DNA of 64,000 nucleotides from positions 64,001 through 128,000 of the forward strand of contig CM000208.1 of the NCBI GenBank assembly GCA_000002445.1, written 5' to 3'. The notes beneath the pieces were generated by a model. That model was not told the DNA's origin and did not search any database. It saw only the letters and a program-made list of their open reading frames with translations. Source of the stretch: Trypanosoma brucei (Eukaryota). This document shows positions 21,150-31,518 of the stretch, piece after piece; position 1 is the stretch's first letter, and every line of letters starts with the position of its first letter. A program made the position numbers and the translations under genes.

Positions 21150-21914
21150 ATGGAGCACGTAGTAGCCAGGGTCGCAGGTGTTCAAAAGCCAGTGGATATG
21201 CCGTTACGGCTCCTGAAGAAACAACAGTGGGTTAGATGTGCTTTGGACTGCAGTCACAAGAGAGTGCTGAGGAAAGAAGCATTTATTGAACTGTGCACCT
21301 CCAACCCGTACACACCGTTGTGTGAGCGAATGTCTAAAAGCGAAGGCATAAAATTCCTTCAGGCGCTTCATAACGCAAGGCAAGTAATAGTAGTGCAAGA
21401 TTACGTGTACATCAATCCAGCTGATGTTGTTGACGCTGTTCATGTGCGATTAGAACTTCCTAATGTTGCGCGGAGGGCACCTGTAACCTCACGAAATTGC
21501 TCTTCTGGACAACCCAAGGACTCTGAAGTAACTTTGAGAAGTGACATGGAGCGCCGCCGCTTCTTCTGGGCCATTGTTTCCCTCCTCAGTAGTGCCCAAA
21601 TGTCAATTTTAGCTTACTTGACGTTTAGTGTTTATGGTTGGAGTGTCATGGAGCCTATTTGCTATTTTGTAACAACCTCAACGTCACTTTGTGCTTACGC
21701 CTATGGTCTTTGCTACAAGAGGAACTGCTCATATGAGGCTATTGACTCCCAGTTGGCGTCTTCAGACACTTTGGTGGAAGGAAAGTCCCCTTCCACCGTG
21801 TGTACACAACCATTTTTCATGGAAGCAGTGGAACTTTTGCGGACCGTGCAAGCGGAAAGCGACAACAGTGGATTGGCTGAAGCTTCTTCTTCCGATACCA
21901 AAGACAAAGCTTAA
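21150..21914 (+). CDS. MCUb: Mitochondrial calcium uniporter (MCU) family paralog with variant pore motif WSVMEP
   Basis: TM1-pore-TM2 core 'QMSILAYLTFSVYGWSVMEPICYFVTTSTSLCAYAYG' aligns with human MCU '[37 protein letters not shown]'. ATG at 21150 (track start is TTG 21114). The symbol is a guess from recalled trypanosome MCU paralogs. Confidence 0.7.
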   Translation: MEHVVARVAGVQKPVDMPLRLLKKQQWVRCALDCSHKRVLRKEAFIELCTSNPYTPLCERMSKSEGIKFLQALHNARQVIVVQDYVYINPADVVDAVHVRLELPNVARRAPVTSRNCSSGQPKDSEVTLRSDMERRRFFWAIVSLLSSAQMSILAYLTFSVYGWSVMEPICYFVTTSTSLCAYAYGLCYKRNCSYEAIDSQLASSDTLVEGKSPSTVCTQPFFMEAVELLRTVQAESDNSGLAEASSSDTKDKA

Positions 21915-22581
21915 AATGCAAACCAATGAAGGGGAGAATATAAAGATTCCGGAGTGGTTAGCGGAAGTAGCAGTAGTGCAAGAAAAGCGATAATATTGGA
22001 ATGTGTAATACGTATTTGGATAAAGCTCAAGAGACCTTGCATCATCTACTATTCGAATGATAGGGTTCCCGTACTTTTTGTTGGCAGCTCAGCAATGGCG
22101 ACGATCTACGTTCAAAACGCTTCACCGTATGACAGTTGCTTTATGGCAGAAAGTTGCTGTTTACTCAATGAAATCGTCCGCAAGGTGATGACATTGTTGT
22201 GATGGACGCGCCAGTAAGAGTAGGAAAACAAAAGAGAAAATGCGTTTTTGTAAAAATGGCGTACGCAACCGGCGAGATAAGGGTGTAATCACTTTAAATT
22301 TGCTTCCTTCTATCTACAGTAACGTTGTGCCCGTAATGCGGGACCAGTCATCTGCCTCTCCTCAGCGTTACAGTTAAGCATTTTCGCGGGTTAGGACGGT
22401 CATTTTTTGTTTTTTTTCACTGTTTCCGTGGATCCTTCATTGTGCCGCATTGTTAGTGCGCGTACACACTCGCCCCCCCCTCCGACACACATGCCTGTGC
22501 ATGTGTTCCAGTTCCCAAGGATCATTATCATTGTTTTTATTTGTTTTGTTTGCACTTAAGGTATCATTTTGGGTATATAGG

Positions 22582-24258
22582 ATGTGGACTGTGCAGGAGG
22601 ACGAGTACAAGAACACTGAACTCAGTTTTTCAGGTTTGGAGTTAAGTCCGCTCAGTGGAACTGAGGACGCGGCGTTCAAACCTATTGGAGTGTACACGAA
22701 AAGTTCACAGGTGTTTGTTAATGCCTCCACGACACCATTGACGGGCACCCCACCAAATGACCGTTGCCCAACAGCAACTTTACTTCCACCACAACGAACT
22801 CCTGGAAGTCCTGCTGCGGCGGGACGTTTTTTCCCACGTTCCCAAGCTGCTAATGTCAGTGTCATGCGCGTCGATGCGCCGCCTTTTGAGCCGTCGTCTA
22901 ACAATTTGGCGGCTGCCATTACTTTTGTTGAGACGCCAACCGGAGGGAAACGTGGCGGGTTGCCTTTCACAGGACCTTCAGAGCGCCGCAGCCCCCATTT
23001 AATGATGCCTATTGATGACACACCCGGGAGGGATAAGGATCGTACCACATCTCAATATGTGGAATGGAGTGGCCATCATGTTAATTCATACCACTCCCAC
23101 AACGCCATGCGCCCCTTTACCACTGGTGGTAGTGGCAACAGTACTGTAAGTGTCGAGAATTTAAGGGGAAACGTTTACGAGCTGGCAAAGGATCAACATG
23201 GTTGTCGCTTCCTTCAGCGCTTGCTGTGCGATCCGGAGGCAGATTGTGAGATTCCTCGGACGATAATGAGCGAAATTGTTCCACACGTCGCTGAATTGAT
23301 GACAGATCAATATGCCAACTTCTTGGTTCAAAAGCTGTTTGATATTATGCCTAAAGATGTAAGGTACAGCGTCGCATGTGTTGCGGCCCCGAAAATTGCT
23401 GCCATAGCGCTTACGCCGCACGGTACCTTCAGCGTGCAAAAGATGATCGAAACTATTTCCTCACGTGAGGAGTTAGTGATCATTCGTGAAGCGCTATCCA
23501 AAGATGTTGTGCGTCTTGTGAAGGATGCGAATGGTAATCACGCTATTCAAAAGGTTCTTCAGCTGTTTGAACCGGATGATAAAGAGTTCGTTTACGCTGC
23601 CGTTGCTGTGGACTGCATTACCATTGCAAAGAATAAGCAGGGTTGCTGTGTGCTGCAACGTTGCCTCGAGTATGCTTCCCCTGCTCAGCGGTCCACCCTA
23701 GTGAGACATATTTTGGAGTGCTGTTTGCAAATTGCTGAGGATCCGTATGGAAATTATGTTCTCCAGTACGTGATTTCCGCGGGTGATAGCAAAACCATTG
23801 ACACGATTGCAATCGCATTTCTGCCTCATTTAGTCCAATTATGCATGAACAAATTTAGCTCCAACGTCATGGAGAAGGTTTTATGCCGAGTGTCACCACT
23901 CGTGCAGGAAATGTACGTGGATACTATGTGTACACCGGAGGTTGCAGCTCGATTAATTCAGGATGATTTCGGCAACTACGTACTTCAAACAGCATTGACT
24001 ATATGCACGGCAGGACAAGCGGAAGCGCTTGTTTCTGTCATTCGGCCTCTGATGCCATCAATTAGGAATACGCCTTATGCAAAGAAGCTTGAGGGAAAAA
24101 TTGAGAGCGCCATGTTGAAGAATGCGAATGGTCACGTGCCTGCAGTTGGTGTTGAAATGGGCCGACTGTTGGAAATGCAGGAAGCGGGAAGTGAACATTC
24201 GCCCTCTTGCCACAGTTCTGATATTCGTGCGCCTCAAAACCAACCGCTCTCCGGCTGA
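22582..24258 (+). CDS. Pumilio/PUF-family RNA-binding protein (8 Puf repeats)
   Basis: Tandem Puf repeats: 'DQHGCRFLQRLL', 'DQYANFLVQKLF', 'HGTFSVQKMI', 'DANGNHAIQKVLQ', 'NKQGCCVLQRCLE', 'DPYGNYVLQYVI', 'FSSNVMEKVL', 'DDFGNYVLQTAL'. ATG at 22582; the track ORF begins at TTG 22450. Confidence 0.85.
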   Translation: MWTVQEDEYKNTELSFSGLELSPLSGTEDAAFKPIGVYTKSSQVFVNASTTPLTGTPPNDRCPTATLLPPQRTPGSPAAAGRFFPRSQAANVSVMRVDAPPFEPSSNNLAAAITFVETPTGGKRGGLPFTGPSERRSPHLMMPIDDTPGRDKDRTTSQYVEWSGHHVNSYHSHNAMRPFTTGGSGNSTVSVENLRGNVYELAKDQHGCRFLQRLLCDPEADCEIPRTIMSEIVPHVAELMTDQYANFLVQKLFDIMPKDVRYSVACVAAPKIAAIALTPHGTFSVQKMIETISSREELVIIREALSKDVVRLVKDANGNHAIQKVLQLFEPDDKEFVYAAVAVDCITIAKNKQGCCVLQRCLEYASPAQRSTLVRHILECCLQIAEDPYGNYVLQYVISAGDSKTIDTIAIAFLPHLVQLCMNKFSSNVMEKVLCRVSPLVQEMYVDTMCTPEVAARLIQDDFGNYVLQTALTICTAGQAEALVSVIRPLMPSIRNTPYAKKLEGKIESAMLKNANGHVPAVGVEMGRLLEMQEAGSEHSPSCHSSDIRAPQNQPLSG

Positions 24259-24359
24259 ACTCCCATGGCCAAGTGTTTTAGTGGTGGTGGGTAATCACTC
24301 CCCCATTTTTTTTTATTCTCTTCGTGAAGTTGTATATTGTGTATGATAAATTTTTTTTT

Positions 24360-25010
24360 TTAAAGGAGAAGCGAAGGAAATAATAAATTAAAAAAAAAGG
24401 CCCAAAAGGGGAAGAAAAAGAGCAAAAAAAAATCTAGTAGGAAATCGAGAATAGTAACAGCATCAACAAAAAAGTGTGAAAGGATACATAAAAGGGAATG
24501 AGTGAAGAGAGGAGAAGTGGTGTGATGCAAGGGATTCAAAGAAAGAAGGTGAAAGGACAAATGACAACAACTATTATTTCAAACGCACCGGAGAAGTAAA
24601 AGAAAAGACAAGGAAGACTAATGTGAGTTGTCGCACATATGTTTGCGCTAGCGTGCATTCATATATGTATCACTATATAAATGAAGTTAGGAGCGGAAAC
24701 AGTTAACGCTGCAATGAAAAAAAAAAAGAGAGAAAGGAACAAAGAAAAAAAAACATGCATAAAAAATGATAGTATAAAATTAAAAAAAACAGAGAAACGT
24801 AAGGAACGGAAGTGGATCTCCGAAAGGAAGTAAAAAATAAAAAATAAAAAAATGGTGTGAACTGCCCCCCTGGTGAACGGGGTTACCACAAGTGTTTCCA
24901 CGACTCCCCCCCCCTTCCCCAAAGATAAAAAAAAGTTAATGAAGCAAACAAACGGAAACGAAAAAAAAGAAAAGAAAGAAAAAAGAAAACATGCCTGTAT
25001 AATCAAATGT
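24360..25010 (+). repeat. Purine-rich (A/G) low-complexity tract of about 650 nt on the coding strand, in the 3' region of the PUF gene
   Basis: Runs of 'aaaggagaagcgaaggaaataataaattaaaaaaaaaggcccaaaaggggaagaaaaagagcaaaaaaaaa...gaaaagaaagaaaaaagaaaac' with almost no pyrimidines. It yields the spurious F/S-rich minus-strand ORF 24659-25006. Confidence 0.8.
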
Positions 25011-26373
25011 GAAAGGAAGAAGCGTGACTTATCATCTTTGGATTCTGTCTTTCCTTTTAAATACGTCGAAGGAGGTTTGTGCAGTCGCTCTGCTTTGCCA
25101 TTAAGCCAGTGGTGAGTAAAAGGTACGAATCAAAAGGTAGAAGATGTCATACGTGTGCGTGGTTTTTGCGAGAAAAAAAAAATTGAGCATCGTTTCTCAA
25201 AGTGATGGGTGACACGGAAATGAAGGTGGGGAAAAAGTGAGGGCCTTATGTTTCGGGAGATGTGTGTGTGTGTGTGCCTGTGTATTTGAACTTCAAGTAT
25301 TAAAACGATTGCAGTGGTCGTTTTAATTTCCTTTTGAGGGGGTTTATCTTCATAGTTTGTACCATTTCACCTCCCATCGCCGTAACCCTGCGTGTTTTTG
25401 TAAAGTTTTGACGGTAATTGGTTGTCTATTACGCGTTGTAGTACTCGTTTGTTGTTTTTTTTTAAATGCAAGTTTCCATTTTCTCCTCGTATATTCCTTC
25501 TGCCACCCGGTCTTTTCCCGTTCCCTTCGCTTTTCCCCCATGCCGCTGCACGTTGCCGCCTTGCGGGTTGAAGGTGAGATGTTGGGTTTGTTATTATTAT
25601 TATTATTGAAAATTGTAAAAATGGAGTGAAATGTCGGACGATGCGAAAGTGAGGAATCAAAAATCAAAAAAAAAGCATACACACATATATATATATTTAT
25701 ATATAAAGGGGGAAATCGTAAGAATCACAATAAAAGGAGGGGGAAACGGTGAAAAGTTTACCATGTCACATGAGAGAGCATATGCGTGTGATGCCTTTTG
25801 AACATTACTTTTGTAGGGTCAGCAACCATTTGATGGAAGCAGCAGTAAACAACAAAAAAAGAAGTGGATGTGAAAGGTGGGAATATGGTGGTGGGGATGT
25901 TATACCAATTTTTATATTTGTGTTGTTTTCCCCCGTATAGAACACACAGGGATGAAAGGCGAGGGGGGGGGCGATTTTGTCTAGTGGTATCAACGGGAAG
26001 GAGAAGTGTGCTAAATGAACGAATCATCTTTTTTTTTCTTTTATCTTCTTTTGGGTTGTATCATATGAAAACGCAACCACAGGGGAGGGAAAAGGGGGGA
26101 AAGTGACGTGAAATATATGCAAAGGAAAGGAAAACAAAGTAAGTTGCTATTCTGTATAGTTGCTTGTTTCACGCGTATGGACCAAACATCTTCGAATGCG
26201 GTTCTCAGCGAGTCTTTGTGCTCAATTTCCTTTTCATTCGTTTTCTCACTTGAGTAACCTCTCATTGCTTTGGTATTTCTTTACACACAAGCACGCTTTC
26301 TTCCTTTTTTTTAAAAAAACTCCTGTAAGTGATATCTTTATATGGCTAGGAGAACACAGATACGCATATACGT

Positions 26374-26376
<3 letters not shown>

Positions 26377-26409
<33 letters not shown>
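26377..26409. repeat. (TA)n microsatellite
   Basis: 'gatatatatatatatatatatatatatatatatg' in the long PUF-MYND intergenic region. A second (TA)n lies at about 26837-26859. Confidence 0.9.
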
Positions 26410-26411
<2 letters not shown>

Positions 26412-27040
26412 TGACGGATTGTGTGGGTGCGTAGAGCCCCTCTGAGCCCCCTCTTCTTTTACTTTTGTACTGAACTATTGATTTCATTTTGCCTTCGTGG
26501 GCCCTCCCTTTTCAATCACATGTGGTGTAAAAAAAAAAATAATTACCGAAACTCAGGCACGCATGGCACTCGCTTCCCTTCCCCTTGACTTACACACTGC
26601 GCTGCGTGGCAACAAGCGACCTCGACTCTGAAGGGACGACTGGAGGAAAGTGGAAAAAAGAAAGGAGGTTTTTCTCGTTGTCTCACTCAGTTCGTTCTCC
26701 TCACTTTTTTTTTTGTTTCTGTGCTGCTGCCACAGTCACAACGGCAACCGATACAATATGCTTTTAAATTCCTCCTTTTTTGTTTATTTTGTTCTTATTG
26801 CCGTTGTATTCATCACACCTCACCGGGTGTGGTTCGTATATATATATATATATATATATGTCTACGTGTTTCTGCATTGCTCTGTATATATTTATATATA
26901 CGTATGTGCAGATGTTGCTCCTGTTCTTTACTGTGTTCTGTTTCTCCTTCACTGCGTTGGCGCTTTCCTTCAAATTTCTTTATATAATTTACTTTTTTTT
27001 TGTCGGCACATCCTCCTTTCGATCAGTTTGGGCTTATGGG

Positions 27041-27436
27041 ATGGACCCTGCCGATCCCACGGCGTCTGAATGTGACAAAATCAGTAGCATCGTGTCGAGG
27101 TTAGAAATGAATGAGAAGCGTCAACATGAACTGATGCTCCAAATCAGCGCATGCGAAGCCCGCATTAGGGCTATTGAAGCTCATATGTCTAGGAATTCCG
27201 ATGAGGTGCCGAAAAAATCATTAGATTCACAAGTTAATGATCGCATGAAAACCGATGATAGAAAGCAGGCGGTGGCTGTAACGGAGGAAAGGATATGCGA
27301 TTACTGTCTTATTTTCACGCAGTGTTGGTCATGCCCGGCTTGTGGACGTGAGTGGTACTGCAGTAGCCGATGCCAGCGCTTAAGGACTTACCTTCATGGG
27401 CCATTTTGTGGTTGTCAGAGACCTGCGGTTGCATAG
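27041..27436 (+). CDS. MYND-type zinc-finger protein with an N-terminal coiled coil
   Basis: 'CDYCLIFTQCWSCPACGREWYCSSRCQRLRTYLHGPFC' fits the C4-C2HC MYND finger. ATG at 27041; the upstream part of the track ORF runs through (TA)n/low-complexity sequence. Confidence 0.6.
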   Translation: MDPADPTASECDKISSIVSRLEMNEKRQHELMLQISACEARIRAIEAHMSRNSDEVPKKSLDSQVNDRMKTDDRKQAVAVTEERICDYCLIFTQCWSCPACGREWYCSSRCQRLRTYLHGPFCGCQRPAVA

Positions 27437-27762
27437 GCGCGTCACAAAATCCCCACGTGTTAGATATTTCTTCTTTTCGTTGCTTCCGCCTTCACATGTG
27501 GTAAACGAGGCGAACCCAAGACAAAAATGGAAGTGTGTGGCGTCTCATACGTACACGCATAATTCACCTGTATTTCACATTTAACATTTGCTTATGTAGA
27601 ATGCATAGATGGAATAGTCACTGCTATTACTATTGTTGTCAAACTTGTTTGACACGAACATCTTTCGACCCCCTCCCCAACCCGTTCCCTTCGTAGGCTG
27701 TGAAGTGTTATCTTTTTCTTCCCCAAACTTTCCCAGCAGGTGCGGAAGCAGTTTTCGAAGAA

Positions 27763-29070
27763 ATGGAAAAGGCCCGTCAATGGGCCTCTGAACTTTTCTC
27801 TGCGGATGTCGTGGAGGTGATGAGAGCTCGACAGGCGCTGGCGCGTTTGATGTCACCGAGGGATTTACTCGAACTGTGGCGAGGAGGGCAACAGGATGCA
27901 GCAGCAGCACTCCTTAATGAAGCGGAGGAGGTTGGGTGCCCTGAAGTGTACGCATCTCTGGGGGAAAGCTTCAACCAATTGCTTGGTTCCGGTTGCCAAG
28001 CGTCAATTGCGAGTGAGTTTCTTATTCTGGACGAGTCCCACATTGTTCTGCGTTTTCTTTTAGCTGGAGTAGGGCATGAAGATGTCATGAGGGCGGGTTG
28101 CTTACGTCCCGCGCTTATCGGTGCACTGGCCGTTTTGCCCGAGCGGATGGCTCCAGCTGTAGGCGAACTGTTCTGTGCATCCTTGAGGAGCGAGAAAATA
28201 TTGAGGTTGTTTGATGAAAATTCCCCCGAGTCGGAGGATAATTTGAGGGTTTGTGAGTTCCTTGCTGCTCACACTGATTTACCGTCTTTCATTGTCAACG
28301 CCACGCTCGAAGCGTTCGAGAGTGACCCCCTACTCGTTGCGAATTACCTTATAGTGAGCGGCATTGTAAGTCGTCACACGGAGTTATCGACACAGTTACT
28401 CGGTAGGATCTACCATGAGCTCACGAATGGCATAAACGGTTTTTTGTTCCCGTTTGTGTGTCGTGCGTGCGCAATAACCCTCAACAAGCACGAGGAAAAC
28501 GCCGGGAAGTATGCTGAGTTGTGGGGAACTGCCGTTGCTGCTCAGTTGGACCGCTGCGATCCGGACACTCGCGATGCAATTTACGATCTTCTCGGCGCGG
28601 CAAGCACTACACAAACGGGATGGGGAGCTGTACAATCTTTTGTTAAGGAGGAAGACCTGCTGCATGCACTCGGTGCGAAGAAACTGTGCGCTGGTGCGCT
28701 GAGCTTTATGAGTGTTGTTGTGCAGTCTCTTTTCGTACCTGATACATTTTTTACTCGACAGATTCTCACTGCGGCGTGGCAGTTACGAGTCAGCCAGGAC
28801 GATACCACTCGAGAGAGGTTGTGGGAGTTTATTGTTAAGTGTCTTTCACGTGAGTCGTTGGTGTTTATTATCTTTCCACTGTGTGCTTCTTACCTCTGCT
28901 CTTCACGTCAAGAGCATTTGGTTAACATTCGTGGTTTGCAACTCGACGCGGCCACTCGTCTTGTTGCTTCTGGGGTCCTTCCACCTGAATTGACAGAACG
29001 GCTACAAGTCTACATCTCCCGAGGGCTTTATCCTCCTGGGTCAGTGGGTGTAGAAACAATGTCACATTAA
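27763..29070 (+). CDS. Hypothetical protein (435 aa, Leu/Ala-rich, likely alpha-helical repeat)
   Basis: Long ORF with ATG at 27763 (track start is GTG 27700). No recognisable motif. Coding-like composition and co-orientation with neighbours. Confidence 0.5.
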   Translation: MEKARQWASELFSADVVEVMRARQALARLMSPRDLLELWRGGQQDAAAALLNEAEEVGCPEVYASLGESFNQLLGSGCQASIASEFLILDESHIVLRFLLAGVGHEDVMRAGCLRPALIGALAVLPERMAPAVGELFCASLRSEKILRLFDENSPESEDNLRVCEFLAAHTDLPSFIVNATLEAFESDPLLVANYLIVSGIVSRHTELSTQLLGRIYHELTNGINGFLFPFVCRACAITLNKHEENAGKYAELWGTAVAAQLDRCDPDTRDAIYDLLGAASTTQTGWGAVQSFVKEEDLLHALGAKKLCAGALSFMSVVVQSLFVPDTFFTRQILTAAWQLRVSQDDTTRERLWEFIVKCLSRESLVFIIFPLCASYLCSSRQEHLVNIRGLQLDAATRLVASGVLPPELTERLQVYISRGLYPPGSVGVETMSH

Positions 29071-29363
29071 GAGTTTTTGCAGATGTTGCTTTATGATCAG
29101 CTATCGCGCGAAACGATGTGAGGCACTGCAGTCGCGTTGCGCGTGTGCAGGCGACTCGTAAATATTATTCCACCCTTGTTGCGGTACTTGTGCATCGTGG
29201 GTCAATTTGTCTGGGGGTGTGTAAGGTTATTCTAATCATCCTTTTGTGTGGGTTGCGCTTGCTTTGTCGGTTGCTGCCGCTCTAGTTTCTCGTTTGCTCT
29301 TTCCTTTTCTTTTGTAATCTCCTTTTGCTTGCTTCTTTAACAACGAGGTTAGGTGCGGGTGCG

Positions 29364-30251
29364 ATGTCGGTACGGGAACGAGCTGTGGTACTTATTGATG
29401 GCCCAGCGTTGATTCACCGTTGGTATTACCGTTGGTTGTACACTAATAGAAATAACCCCGTTGATGTGAAGCGCTTTGCCATAACAAATGCGCGGCACAC
29501 AATTGCTATAGCGCATAGCTTTGATCCCAGTCACTTGATGCAGCACCTTCTCTCGCCGCAGGTGGAGTACACGCATACACCCAAACATAACAAGCTAATT
29601 ATATGTTTCGATCAAGGTGATGGCGGCCGTCGAGAGATTTACCCAAAGTACAAGTTAAATCGTGAGGGACGAGAAGTAGGGGAAGAGCTTGGAGTCATAC
29701 AAAAGGTCGCCACGAAGGTGTTTCTGGGTGAGCCGAAGAATACGCTTTTAATTGTACCTCACTTTGACTCGAAGCTCAAGAATGTGAATGCCGAAGCCGA
29801 CGATATGATTTCCACCTTAGCACAACATACCCAACGAATTAGAATTCCCACTGTCATAATGTCGCATGACCATGACCTGTACCAGCTTATCGATGAGGCG
29901 AGTAGGTGTTATTACTACGACATTCGTACGAAGCATCTCATATCTGAAAAGGGTGTAATTGAGCGTCTCGGCGTTCACCCAAAGCTCGTACGGGATTACA
30001 AATGCTTAGCGGGTGACCCTTCTGACAATATTCCTGGTGTGAAGGGAATTGGGAAAACCCGAGCACTGCAGCTGCTAAAAAAGTACGGTGACTTGGAGGG
30101 AGTGCTCACCAAAGGCACTAAGAAGCAAGGTGGGGTTGTTGGTGATTTACTGAGGGCTGGTGTCGAGGGTGCCGAACTTTCACGGAAACTTGTAGAGCTG
30201 CGTGACTGTCCTAGTGTACTTAGGGTGTGTGAATTCTTCCTGAAGCTATAA
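29364..30251 (+). CDS. SSE1: Bacterial DNA Pol I-type 5'-3' exonuclease / flap endonuclease (structure-specific endonuclease 1-like, kinetoplast primer removal)
   Basis: H3TH motif 'LAGDPSDNIPGVKGIGKTRALQLLKKYGDLEGVL' and N-terminal 'VLIDGPALIHRWYY', characteristic of the Pol I 5'-nuclease family (53EXO). Acidic metal-binding residues present (DQGDGG, HDHDLYQLIDE). ATG at 29364. Confidence 0.8.
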   Translation: MSVRERAVVLIDGPALIHRWYYRWLYTNRNNPVDVKRFAITNARHTIAIAHSFDPSHLMQHLLSPQVEYTHTPKHNKLIICFDQGDGGRREIYPKYKLNREGREVGEELGVIQKVATKVFLGEPKNTLLIVPHFDSKLKNVNAEADDMISTLAQHTQRIRIPTVIMSHDHDLYQLIDEASRCYYYDIRTKHLISEKGVIERLGVHPKLVRDYKCLAGDPSDNIPGVKGIGKTRALQLLKKYGDLEGVLTKGTKKQGGVVGDLLRAGVEGAELSRKLVELRDCPSVLRVCEFFLKL

Positions 30252-31518
30252 AAGTATCGAGGTTTATCAGCTCACATGTTGTCGGTTGTCACTCTCTGTC
30301 ATCCTTCCATATACATTGTTTGTTGTATTTCGTTCTCACCCATTTCCCCCTTGCCGATGTCGCTGAGTTTGGCTTTTTGGCATTCCGCGTTGTGACGTGG
30401 ATGCATCTCACAACAGTGCAGCGGTGCTCCCATTTGGAGAGTTGATGCTTACCGTTGCGTTGACGGGGGTGGTGGTGGACTTTTAACTGTTCACGTACGA
30501 GGACCCCTTTTAATTTGTTCCATAGAAACACGCCGTCCCGCCGTGCAGTGGGGTTGAAATAGAGAAGGAGATTTAGTGCGAAATGTAGCGTTTTGGGGGA
30601 GGGGGGGGGAATGAAGTGTGGTCTGGATTGGGAATGTAGCTTTGAAAATGGTGGTCCCAAATGCGGTTGCGGTAGGCAGCCGAAGTTGGTGCGTTTTGAC
30701 AAGCAACAGTGGCCGCACTCACCTTTTGACTGCGAGAAGAGGAACTAAAAGGAAGCATCTCGATGTGTCGAATACTCAATGCACTAATTATAAAATGTAG
30801 CGGTATTTGGTAAGGGACGTGTATCTCATCGTCTTTAGTTCATGGCGGAGGGGATTCTTGTGCCTTTTTGTTTTTTTTTAATACTGCTTTGCCCTCCTCC
30901 ATTTCTTTCCGATATTCTTGGCTTCTCAAGGGAGAAAGTGCGTGTGTCATATCTATTGTACTTCTCACTTTTGTGTTTTTTTTCTTTCAGCTCCACGAAT
31001 GTTGAGCATGCGTTCCTAAACATGACCATTCCTCTTCTTTTTGTTGTCATTGTGACCATGCCTTTTTTTTTAAAAAAAAAAAACAGGAGTGTTTCCCCCT
31101 TCCATTCTTTGTGTTTCTATCTCCATTCCATCACTTTTCGGATCTTGTTGAACCACTTTGCGCACTCCACCGGGGCACAGCCGTAGAAATATAGAAACAA
31201 ATAAAGAAGGACTAAATATATTTGTAGAATTTATTCGTCAAGTAGGAAGAGGGTTCCAACAGCGGTAAGTTCCTCCTTGGTGTGTGTGAACTTGGGGACA
31301 TATTGAGTTCAAGACGAACAAAATCAACTAAGCCATTTACGAAAGAGTGAGAGGAAGGATTGAAGTATTGATAATCGACTTATTGAAATCTTTTTTTTTT
31401 TTTGAATAGAGCAACTTAAGAGATAGAATAAGCGAGCAAATACACAAAAGGGGAGAAACCCGAAAGTAAACCCATTGGAAGAAGAGGCGATAGGGGCAAA
31501 GGTAATTATTTGCACACT

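Noticed and set aside
30842-31186. 114-aa + strand ORF in the SSE1-DYRK intergenic region
   Set aside because: The translation is Phe/Leu/Ser low complexity derived from a CT-rich polypyrimidine tract (the likely splice-acceptor region for the kinase gene). It is not coding-like.
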